Shown: positions 9,694 to 18,342 of the stretch, piece by piece
Numbering within the stretch: position 1 is the first letter of the stretch
Layout: each line of letters starts with the position of its first letter
Origin: Candidatus Izemoplasmatales bacterium
Lineage (GTDB): Bacteria; Bacillota_I; Bacilli_A; Izemoplasmatales; Hujiaoplasmataceae
Direction of reading: 5' to 3'
NCBI GenBank assembly: GCA_050177605.1
Contig: JBFXGX010000021.1
Span: 2,734 to 32,010, forward strand
Length of the DNA stretch: 29,277 nucleotides
Notes under the pieces: generated by a model
Databases searched by the model: none
What the model was told of the DNA's origin: nothing
The model's input: the letters and a program-made list of their open reading frames with translations, nothing else
Program-made: the position numbers and the translations under genes

Positions 9694-10198
9694 TTTTGTT
9701 CAACTCTTTCCTTAATAATGGTACGGTAATTGTGATGATAATGGCTTGCGCAATTATTCCAGGAATACCAACTGCAAACATAGCTATCGTTCCGAATGTT
9801 GGCGGAAAAGCCACTTGGAATAAGGAAGATAAAAGGATAATCATCATAATAGCGGTGATCATTCCCAGTACTTTGGCGATGATATATGAAAGAGTAACAT
9901 TAAGATGATGTTTATGATATAACCAACCGGATACTAGTGCATACACGACTAGTTCAAAAACCATGTAAGAGGCAATCACGAGTGACGGCATACCAAGTAA
10001 TACACCAACTCCGATTGAAAATAATGCGATTAATAAACCACTCACTGGTCCAAGCAACATCGCTCCGATAAATACAGGTAAATGCATTGGTAAGAGAATT
10101 TGTCCTAGCGTAGGGCCACCAAATAAATGGAGTGCTTGAGGCAAGACGATACCAATCGCAATAAATAATGATGTTAATATAAGTTTTCTTGTTTTCAT
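9677..10198 (-). CDS. ECF transporter S-component (substrate unknown)
   Basis: About 6 TM; MKTRKLILTSLFIAIGIVLP...LLPMHLPV...GPVSG...GMP...PGIIAQ pattern typical of group II S-components; AAGGAG RBS. Confidence 0.85.
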   Translation of the reverse strand: MKTRKLILTSLFIAIGIVLPQALHLFGGPTLGQILLPMHLPVFIGAMLLGPVSGLLIALFSIGVGVLLGMPSLVIASYMVFELVVYALVSGWLYHKHHLNVTLSYIIAKVLGMITAIMMIILLSSLFQVAFPPTFGTIAMFAVGIPGIIAQAIIITITVPLLRKELNKIGKIS

Positions 10199-10290
10199 CG
10201 TAGTCTCCTTTGTTTACTACTATATTATATATTAATCAGATAAAATTACAAATAATTTTATACCTATGGTATAAAGTTTTTTTTAGATAA

Positions 10291-10319
10291 TTGACATTGA
10301 TACCATAGAAGGTTATAAT
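10291..10319 (+). promoter_or_regulatory. Consensus sigma70 promoter of the MATE gene
   Basis: TTGACA (10291-10296), 17 nt spacer, TATAAT (10314-10319). Confidence 0.85.
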
Positions 10320-10384
10320 GAATAGCGTTAACTTTGTAAATTGATTACGCACATATCGTGCGTTTTCATTTTCTAGGAGATTGT

Positions 10385-11803
10385 ATGGCAAGAGAACTGA
10401 ACGAGCACAAATCACAACTTATATTATTTGATAAACCAATTTGGAAAGGAATTGTAAAACTTAGCTTTCCAGTTTTTTTGGTAAATATACTGAAAACATT
10501 ACACGATCTAGTCGATGGGGTTTTTCTTGGGCAAGTTGAAGGTTTAGTTGATGGTGTGAGTAAAGCAACACTGATGCAAAGTGCGATTGGACTTGTATGG
10601 CCGGTCTATTTTATCTTTCTTTCATTTGGAATGGGATTAAGCGTTGCTGGAAACGCACTCATCGGTCAGTATATTGGTAAGAAAGATCACCAACAAGCAT
10701 CACATCACGCATCTAACTTATTGATTCTCTCATTTGGGCTCGGTATTCTTTTTACCGCATTGGTCTATATAACCATCCCTTGGATATTAAAATTTATGGG
10801 TTCAAGTGGTAGCGAATATTCCTATGCAATATCCTATTTAAGGATTCGAAGTTTTGAATTACCATTCTTATTCTTGTCATTTGGATTCCAGGCTGTTAGA
10901 CAATCAACAGGTGATACAACAACGCCAGTTATTATTAATGCAATTGCGATTATCGTGAATATCATTCTAACTGCCATCTTCGTTCTTGTTTTAAATTTAG
11001 GCATCAATGGCGCTGCTATTGCAACGCTAATTGGTAACTTAACGATGGTTCCATTTATATTGTATTTCTTAGTAGCATCTAAATCTGGTATTCGCTTGAA
11101 ACTCAAAGATTTATCATATGATAAAGAAGTATCCAAAGATATTATTCGAATTGCCTTACCAGCATCCTCTGGCCAAGCAATTCAAGCATTAGGTTTTATT
11201 ATATTGAATACGTTTATTCGATCATTCGGCGAACCTGTTATGGCTGGGTTTTATTATGGAAATCGAATTAATTCACTGATTATGTTTCCTGTATTATCCG
11301 TATCGTCAATCGTTGCCATCTATATAGCACAAAATATTGGGGCTGGAAACCAGGCGCGTGCCAAGGAATCTTTCCGCGTTGGTATGAAACTTGCTATTGG
11401 TTTAATGACTGTTGGAGCGATCATCATTATTCCGTTTAGGTATTTCTTTGTTGGGTTATTTAGTACCGATCCAGAAGCGCTTATGTATGCGGCAGATTAT
11501 ACTTTGTTTTTGCATATTGGGCTTCCGCTTATGGCTATTTTTCAAACCTTCCTTTCCACTTTCCAAGGTAGTGGGGATACCAAGTTCTCACTTTATATGG
11601 CGGTCACAAGGTTGTGGTTTATTCGAATTCCTTTAGTAGCGATTTCGGTGTATTTCACAGACTTAGGTCCAGCAGGGATATGGTATTCGATTTTAATAAG
11701 TAACTTTTTAATGGTATTTGTCGGAATGTTCCTCTATTCTAAAGTCAAATTTGAACCTAAAATTCGACAAAATCAGTTTAAAAATGAATCTGCTGTGGTA
11801 TAA
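10385..11803 (+). CDS. MATE family efflux transporter
   Basis: 12 TM in two MatE halves: DLVDGVFLG, GQYIGK, GDTTTP, AQNIGAG, GSGDTK. ATG 10385 follows AGGAG. Confidence 0.92.
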   Translation: MARELNEHKSQLILFDKPIWKGIVKLSFPVFLVNILKTLHDLVDGVFLGQVEGLVDGVSKATLMQSAIGLVWPVYFIFLSFGMGLSVAGNALIGQYIGKKDHQQASHHASNLLILSFGLGILFTALVYITIPWILKFMGSSGSEYSYAISYLRIRSFELPFLFLSFGFQAVRQSTGDTTTPVIINAIAIIVNIILTAIFVLVLNLGINGAAIATLIGNLTMVPFILYFLVASKSGIRLKLKDLSYDKEVSKDIIRIALPASSGQAIQALGFIILNTFIRSFGEPVMAGFYYGNRINSLIMFPVLSVSSIVAIYIAQNIGAGNQARAKESFRVGMKLAIGLMTVGAIIIIPFRYFFVGLFSTDPEALMYAADYTLFLHIGLPLMAIFQTFLSTFQGSGDTKFSLYMAVTRLWFIRIPLVAISVYFTDLGPAGIWYSILISNFLMVFVGMFLYSKVKFEPKIRQNQFKNESAVV

Positions 11804-11822
11804 TATTTTTGAGGTGTAGTGA

Positions 11823-12941
11823 ATGATGTATCCAATTGTATTTCCGGATTATCAAAATTCAATCTTAAATGTTACCTCATCTATTTTAAAGTATTACAAT
11901 GTTACTCCAAAAGTTCCTTCAATTAAATTACTTGATGACACGCTGAAGAAAGGATACCGTAATATCGTTTATATTTTAGTAGATGCACTTGGCATTGATG
12001 TACTAAAGAGACATGAAGATATATCTCCTTTTTTGAACGCCGATAAAGTAAAAGATATTACCTCTGTATTCCCTCCGACGACGGTTTCTGCAACAACTTC
12101 AGTATTAACTGGATTACCTCCAATTGAAACAGGGTGGCTCGGATGGTGCCAATACGTGAAAGAAGTAGATAAGTCAGTTATCTTCTTTATGAATAAAGAT
12201 TATTATGATGATAAAACGAAGTTTGAGAACAATATTTCTGAAACATATTGCCCTGTTAAACAAATATATGAATTAATAGAAGAAAAAAATAATGATGTGA
12301 AAGCGATAGAAATCTTTCCAGCATTCAAAGAAAAAGAACATGATACTTTTATGAAACAATGTGAGTCAATTGTGGGGCACTGTAAACAAGAAGGCAAACA
12401 TTTCATCTATACTTATTGGGATAAATTAGATACTATTATGCATGATAAAGGTCCTGGAGCTATAGAAACGAATAAGATGCTCCGGACTATTGAACAAGGC
12501 TATGTTTATTTGAAAGAACAATTAGATGAAGATACACTAGTGGTATTAATTGCGGACCACGGACAAGTAGATGTTTGTCCAATTGAACTACGTAGATATA
12601 GTGAACTCTGGGACACATTCACGCATGAACCTTCGATAGAATCACGTGCTACTGCGTTCTTCATTAAAGAGGGTAAAAAGGAAGCATTTGAATCCATTTT
12701 TCAGCACTACTTTAGAGACTATTTTATGCTATTAAAAAGCGAAGAAGTATTAGCAATGAATTTATTTGGTTATGGGAATGAACATCCTAAAACAAAAGAA
12801 TTTATTGGCGATTATATGGCAATTGCCATTGATCATTATTATTTTAAAAATGCAGAAGGTACTTATTTTATGAAAGGGCAACACGCCGGACTTCTTGAAG
12901 AAGAGATGATGGTCCCATTAATTATTCATTCAAAAAAGTAA
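11823..12941 (+). CDS. Alkaline phosphatase superfamily, nucleotide pyrophosphatase/type I phosphodiesterase
   Basis: Metal and catalytic motifs ILVDALG, SVFPPTT (Thr nucleophile), DTIMH, ADHG, GQHAG; no signal peptide. Confidence 0.88.
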   Translation: MMYPIVFPDYQNSILNVTSSILKYYNVTPKVPSIKLLDDTLKKGYRNIVYILVDALGIDVLKRHEDISPFLNADKVKDITSVFPPTTVSATTSVLTGLPPIETGWLGWCQYVKEVDKSVIFFMNKDYYDDKTKFENNISETYCPVKQIYELIEEKNNDVKAIEIFPAFKEKEHDTFMKQCESIVGHCKQEGKHFIYTYWDKLDTIMHDKGPGAIETNKMLRTIEQGYVYLKEQLDEDTLVVLIADHGQVDVCPIELRRYSELWDTFTHEPSIESRATAFFIKEGKKEAFESIFQHYFRDYFMLLKSEEVLAMNLFGYGNEHPKTKEFIGDYMAIAIDHYYFKNAEGTYFMKGQHAGLLEEEMMVPLIIHSKK

Positions 12942-12958
12942 AATACTAATATCGTTAT

Positions 12959-12992
12959 AGAAGAATATTTTCCGAAATATTCTTCTTTTTTT
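12959..12992 (+). terminator. Intrinsic terminator
   Basis: AGAAGAATATTT-TCCG-AAATATTCTTCT followed by a T-run. Confidence 0.8.
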
Positions 12993-13120
12993 ATATTTAT
13001 TTGATGAAAACATTTTCTTCTATTTAGAATACGTTTACATCAAAAAAGTGCTTTGATATTCCTTGAAAATAGGTTAAAATGTAATCGATAAAAAAATATC
13101 TATATAATATGGAGGGTCCT

Positions 13121-13771
13121 ATGAATCAAAATGAATTATCATCAATATCGACTCATACACTAAAAAGACTTCCTTTCTACTTAAGTCATTTAAAAGAATT
13201 ACAATCAGTAGGACTAGTTTATATTTCTACGGCTCAAATTGCAAAAGATCTTAAAATGAATGAAATGCAAGTGAAGAAAGATATTACCGCAGTTACAAAA
13301 GAAAGTGGAAAGCCGAGAGTTGGACACAAAGTTGAAAATTTAGTTCATGATATTGAGGCATTCCTTGGTTACGACAATACAACGGCAGCTGTATTGGTTG
13401 GTGCTGGGCACTTAGGAACTGCTCTTGCACATTATAAAGGATTTGAGGATTATGGTTTAAAAATAGAATTAATTGTTGATAATAATCCAGAACTTATTGG
13501 TACAAGTATCAACAACATCCCTGTTATTTCGATGGAGAAGTTCATTCCGTTATGCACACGAATGCATATTAATATAGGAATCATCACCTCTACAAAAGAC
13601 AGTGCTCAAGAAATATGTGATTCATTAACAAAAGCTGGAATCAAAGCGATTTGGAACTTTGTACCAGTGAAACTAATTGTTAATGAAGACGTCATTATCC
13701 AAAACGAAAATATGGCTTCAAGTTTAGCAGTACTTTCAAGCCATTTATCAAATAAACTCAAGGGAGAATAA
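13121..13771 (+). CDS. rex: Redox-sensing transcriptional repressor Rex (divergent)
   Basis: N-terminal TLKRLPFY wHTH, Rossmann VLVGAGHLG, GIKAIWNFVP, ENM. ATG 13121 follows GGAGG. Confidence 0.9.
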   Translation: MNQNELSSISTHTLKRLPFYLSHLKELQSVGLVYISTAQIAKDLKMNEMQVKKDITAVTKESGKPRVGHKVENLVHDIEAFLGYDNTTAAVLVGAGHLGTALAHYKGFEDYGLKIELIVDNNPELIGTSINNIPVISMEKFIPLCTRMHINIGIITSTKDSAQEICDSLTKAGIKAIWNFVPVKLIVNEDVIIQNENMASSLAVLSSHLSNKLKGE

Positions 13772-13776
13772 CTTAT

Positions 13777-16392
13777 ATGGCAGGACAAACAGTAGATTTA
13801 AATGTATTTGAAGAAATTAATCAACTTGTTGGAAACGGACTAAAAGCACTAGAGGTATTTCGCACACTCAATCAAGAACAAGTCGATTACATCGTTGCAA
13901 AATGTAGTGTTGCAGCAATTGATAAACATGGTGAATTAGCACTAGCAGCAGTAGAAGAAACAAAAAGAGGTGTATTCGAAGATAAGGCCACAAAGAACTT
14001 ATTTGCTTGTGAATATGTTGTGAATAACATGAGACATTTAAAGTCAGTTGGAATTATCAGCGAAAACCCTGTTACTGGAATAACTGAAGTAGCGGATCCA
14101 GTAGGGGTTATTTGTGGAATCACACCAACAACAAATCCAACTTCGACAGTGATTTTTAAGTCACTTATCTGTTTAAAAACAAGAAATCCAATTATCTTTG
14201 CATTTCATCCATCAGCTCAAGTTTCATCAAGACTTGCCGCAATTGTATTAAGAGATGCTGCAGTGAAGGCTGGAGCTCCTGAAAATTGTATTCAATGGGT
14301 AGAACATCCTTCAATGGAAGCAACTTCAGCTTTGATGAATCACCCTGGTATTGCGACAATCCTCGCAACTGGAGGAAACTCAATGGTAAAAGCAGCTTAT
14401 AGTTGTGGAAAACCAGCTATGGGCGTTGGTGCTGGAAATGTACCAGCATATATCGAAAAGACAGCTGATATCAAACAAGCGGTGAATGATATTGTCATGT
14501 CAAAAGCGTTTGACAACGGAATGGTTTGTGCTTCTGAACAAGCCGCAATTATTGATAAAGAAATCTTTGATGAAGCGATTGAAGAGTTCAAAAAATACGG
14601 TGTGTATTTCTGTAATGCAAAAGAAAAAGCATTACTTGAAGAATTTGCGTTCGGCACGAAAGCAAAATCAGAGAACTGTGCAAAAGCAAAACTAAATGCA
14701 GAAATCGTCGGAAGAAGTGCTACTTGGATTGCCAGTCAAGCTGGGTTCACTGTACCTGAAAGAACAGTTATCTTAGCAGCTACTTGTTCAAAGGTTGGAG
14801 AAGAAGAACCATTAACTAGAGAAAAATTATCTCCTATACTTGCGATTATCAAAGCCAAAAATACGGAAGACGGAATGAGTTTAGCATGTCAAATGGTTGA
14901 ATTCTATGGACTAGGACACTCTGCCGCGATTCATACAATGAACAAGGAATTGGTTGATGAGTTCGGAAAACAAGTTAAAGCAATGCGTATTATTTGGAAT
15001 AGTCCAGCTACATTCGGTGGAATTGGAAATGTGTACAATTCATTCTTACCTTCGTTAACACTTGGTTGTGGTACTTACGGAAGAAACTCTATTGGTGGTA
15101 ACGTTAGTGCTGTGAACTTACTCAACATCAAAAAAATCGGAAAGAGACGTAACAATATGCAATGGTTTAAAGTGCCTTCAAAGATTTACTTCGAGAGAAA
15201 TTCAATTGAATACCTACGCGATATGAGAAACATCTCAAAAATCTTCATCGTTACTGACCGTTCTATGGTCGATTTAGGATATGTTAACCGCGTAACTGAT
15301 CAACTTAATTTACGTAGAAACCCTGTTCAAATTCAATTATTCTGTGACGTGGAACCAGATCCAGATATTACAACAGTTAAAAAAGGTGTTAGTTTAATGA
15401 ATGCTTTCAATCCAGATACGATTATCGCACTTGGTGGTGGATCAGCGATGGATGCAGCGAAAGCCATGTGGTTATTCTACGAACATCCTGAAGTGAACTT
15501 TGATGATTTAAAACAAAAATTCATGGACATCAGAAAAAGAGCTTTCCGTTATCCAGAGCTTGGAAAGAAAAGCCATTTAGTATGTATTCCTACAACTTCA
15601 GGAACGGGATCAGAAGTGACACCTTTCGCTGTTATCTCTGATAAAGCGAATAACATGAAGTATCCACTAACTGATTACTCACTTACGCCTTCAGTCGCAA
15701 TCGTGGATCCAGAGTTCACCACTACTTTACCTAGCAAGATTACTGCGGATACAGGAATGGACGTATTAACGCATGCGATTGAAGCTTATGTGTCCATGCT
15801 TGCCAATGACTTTACTGACGGTCTTGCTTTACAAGCAATAAAACTTGTTTTTGAATATTTACCACGTTGTGTTGAAAATGGTAAGAATGATTTAGAAGCA
15901 AGAGAAAAATTACATAATGCATCGACTATTGCAGGAATGGCTTTTGCAAATGCATTCTTAGGTATCAATCACTCATTAGCACATAAAATCGGTGCAATCT
16001 ACCATGTTCCTCATGGAAAAGCAAATGCAATCCTTTTACCACATGTGATCCGTTATAACGGAATTGTACCAACAAAAATAGCAACATGGCCAAAATATGA
16101 TTATTATAAAGCGGATGCTAAATATCAAGATATTGCTAAATTACTGGGGTTACCAGCAAGCACAAAAGAAGAAGGTGTCGCAAGTCTTGCGGATGCAGTC
16201 GCCACTTTAGGTAAGAGAATAGGTATCTCAATGAATTTTGAAGCTGAAGGAATTCAAAAAGCTGAATTCGAAGCGAACATGGATAAGCTAGTATTAATGG
16301 CTTATGAAGATCAATGTTCTCCAGCAAATCCAAAAGTACCAATGCTTGAAGATATGAAACAAATTCTTTGGAAGGCATATGCAGGCAACTAA
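13777..16392 (+). CDS. adhE: Bifunctional acetaldehyde-CoA/alcohol dehydrogenase AdhE
   Basis: ALDH part: TPTTNPTST, LATGG, catalytic GMVCASEQ, LTLGCG. Fe-ADH part: VEPDP, GGGSAMD, PTTSGTGSE, DVLTHAIE, HSLAH. Confidence 0.97.
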   Translation: MAGQTVDLNVFEEINQLVGNGLKALEVFRTLNQEQVDYIVAKCSVAAIDKHGELALAAVEETKRGVFEDKATKNLFACEYVVNNMRHLKSVGIISENPVTGITEVADPVGVICGITPTTNPTSTVIFKSLICLKTRNPIIFAFHPSAQVSSRLAAIVLRDAAVKAGAPENCIQWVEHPSMEATSALMNHPGIATILATGGNSMVKAAYSCGKPAMGVGAGNVPAYIEKTADIKQAVNDIVMSKAFDNGMVCASEQAAIIDKEIFDEAIEEFKKYGVYFCNAKEKALLEEFAFGTKAKSENCAKAKLNAEIVGRSATWIASQAGFTVPERTVILAATCSKVGEEEPLTREKLSPILAIIKAKNTEDGMSLACQMVEFYGLGHSAAIHTMNKELVDEFGKQVKAMRIIWNSPATFGGIGNVYNSFLPSLTLGCGTYGRNSIGGNVSAVNLLNIKKIGKRRNNMQWFKVPSKIYFERNSIEYLRDMRNISKIFIVTDRSMVDLGYVNRVTDQLNLRRNPVQIQLFCDVEPDPDITTVKKGVSLMNAFNPDTIIALGGGSAMDAAKAMWLFYEHPEVNFDDLKQKFMDIRKRAFRYPELGKKSHLVCIPTTSGTGSEVTPFAVISDKANNMKYPLTDYSLTPSVAIVDPEFTTTLPSKITADTGMDVLTHAIEAYVSMLANDFTDGLALQAIKLVFEYLPRCVENGKNDLEAREKLHNASTIAGMAFANAFLGINHSLAHKIGAIYHVPHGKANAILLPHVIRYNGIVPTKIATWPKYDYYKADAKYQDIAKLLGLPASTKEEGVASLADAVATLGKRIGISMNFEAEGIQKAEFEANMDKLVLMAYEDQCSPANPKVPMLEDMKQILWKAYAGN

Positions 16393-16393
16393 T

Positions 16394-16639
16394 ATGGAAA
16401 TATCTGTATGCGTCGGCAGTTCTTGTCATCTTAAAGGATCGTATCAAATCATCAATGCATTAAAGGAAAAACTAGAAGTGAATCATCTAGAAGAGTTGGT
16501 CACTTTAAAAGCAGCATTTTGTTTAGGAAACTGTGTGAATGGCGTTAGCATCAAAATTGATGATTTCGTATTCACAGGAATTAAACAAGAGAATTTCGAT
16601 CAATTTTTTGATCAAAATATTTTAAAAGTCTTAAAATAA
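16394..16639 (+). CDS. hfsA: Thioredoxin-like [2Fe-2S] ferredoxin (HfsA-like)
   Basis: CVGSSC...CLGNC (Cx4C...Cx3C); ATG 1 nt after the adhE stop. Confidence 0.85.
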   Translation: MEISVCVGSSCHLKGSYQIINALKEKLEVNHLEELVTLKAAFCLGNCVNGVSIKIDDFVFTGIKQENFDQFFDQNILKVLK

Positions 16640-16659
16640 AAACATTACGAGGTAAGAAC

Positions 16660-18342
16660 ATGGCTGAAGAATACTTATCATTTAAAGAATCGAATTGTGT
16701 CAATTGCTACAAATGTATCAGACATTGCCCGGTGAAATCAATTCAATTCACATCACATCAAGCTCATGTCTTACCAGACGAATGTATTCTTTGTGGAGAA
16801 TGCGTTAAGGTTTGCCCTCAAGAGGCAAAACAAGTACGTTCAGACATCGATTATGTTAAAGATGCAATTATCAGAGGAAAAAAAGTTATTGCTACTTTGG
16901 CACCATCTTTTGTTGCAAACTATCCTGGTCAAAACATTACTAGCATGAATAATACTTTACATCAATTAGGATTTTATGAAACATACGAAACTGCAATCGG
17001 CGCATCCCTAATTAAGGAAGGATATGATGAATTACTGAAGGATAAACAAAGTGGTGTTTATATTACTAGCTGCTGTCCTACTGTCAATTTGTTAATCACC
17101 AAATACTATCCTGAAGTCATCCCGAACCTCCTTCCTTTTTTATCTCCCATGGAAGCACATTCTTTACTTATAAAGGAAAAACATCCGGATGCGACTGTTG
17201 TATTTGTCGGTCCATGTATTTCAAAAAAGAAAGAAGCCCATGATTCAAAAGGGCTAACAGATTACACAATCACATTTCAAGAGTTAACCAATTGGCTAAT
17301 GGATGAAGAGATTAGTTTTGATAATGCAACAAATGAATTTGATGAATATGGAAAATCAAGAATATTCCCTGTATCTGGTGGTATCCTAGCTTCAATGAGA
17401 TGTGATAATCCAAAATTTGATTATCTTTACCTTGATGGTGTTACGAACATCATGAAAGTTCTAGAAGAGATTAAAAATAACGAGATAGAGAATTGCTTTA
17501 TAGAAATGTCCGCTTGTGTTTCAGGTTGTATTGGCGGACCTGGTATGGATGCAAATCGATTTGGCCCAATTTCTTCGTATCAAAAGGTGAAACAATACCT
17601 TCCAAGGAAAGATTTTATCGTTCCTGAAATAGACCCATTAAAATTACAAAAGACATTTATTCCGGATAAGATTAAGAAGTCCATTCCTAGTGATAGTATT
17701 ATCGAAAGTATTCTCATCAAAATGGGTAAAAACAGTAAAAAAGATGAACTGAATTGTGGAAGTTGTGGTTACGACACTTGTAGAGATAAGGCAATCGCTC
17801 TTTATCAAGGAAAAGCTGAACTTTCGATGTGTCTTCCTTATCTTAAGGATAAAGCAGAGTCTTTTACAGAAGGAATTATTTCAAATACACCAAATGGAAT
17901 ACTAGTTCTGAGTGAACAATTAAATATACAATTAATCAATAAATCGGCTTTAGAATTACTTCGTGTTTCAAGATCATCAGATGTCATGAATCAAAATGTG
18001 ATGAAGATTTTAGATATATCCCCCTACATTGATATATTAGAATCCAAAGAAAATCGACCTAATGCAAGAAGATATCTTGCCGAGTACGATGTCTACGTTG
18101 ATGAAACCGTGATTTATGATCATAAATTTCATGTGATAATCATTATTCTTCGTGATGTAACAATGGAAGAAAGAGCAAAGAAGCATAAAGATAAATTAAG
18201 TAAAAATACAATCGAAGTAGCTGACAAAATTATTGAAAAGCAAATGAAAGCTGTTCAAGAGATTGCTTCTCTTCTTGGAGAATCCACTGCGGAGGTCAAA
18301 GTTGCAATTTCAAAGTTAAAAGAGAGTATGAATCATGAATGA
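16660..18342 (+). CDS. hfsB: Putative sensory [FeFe]-hydrogenase with FeS and PAS domains (group C, HydS/HfsB-like)
   Basis: 2x[4Fe-4S] (CVNCYKCIRHCP, CILCGECVKVCP); H-cluster motifs TSCCP, GPCISKKKE, EMSACVSGCIGG; CGSCGYDTC FeS domain; PAS region (PNGILVL); QEIASLLGE tail. Confidence 0.9.
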   Translation: MAEEYLSFKESNCVNCYKCIRHCPVKSIQFTSHQAHVLPDECILCGECVKVCPQEAKQVRSDIDYVKDAIIRGKKVIATLAPSFVANYPGQNITSMNNTLHQLGFYETYETAIGASLIKEGYDELLKDKQSGVYITSCCPTVNLLITKYYPEVIPNLLPFLSPMEAHSLLIKEKHPDATVVFVGPCISKKKEAHDSKGLTDYTITFQELTNWLMDEEISFDNATNEFDEYGKSRIFPVSGGILASMRCDNPKFDYLYLDGVTNIMKVLEEIKNNEIENCFIEMSACVSGCIGGPGMDANRFGPISSYQKVKQYLPRKDFIVPEIDPLKLQKTFIPDKIKKSIPSDSIIESILIKMGKNSKKDELNCGSCGYDTCRDKAIALYQGKAELSMCLPYLKDKAESFTEGIISNTPNGILVLSEQLNIQLINKSALELLRVSRSSDVMNQNVMKILDISPYIDILESKENRPNARRYLAEYDVYVDETVIYDHKFHVIIIILRDVTMEERAKKHKDKLSKNTIEVADKIIEKQMKAVQEIASLLGESTAEVKVAISKLKESMNHE

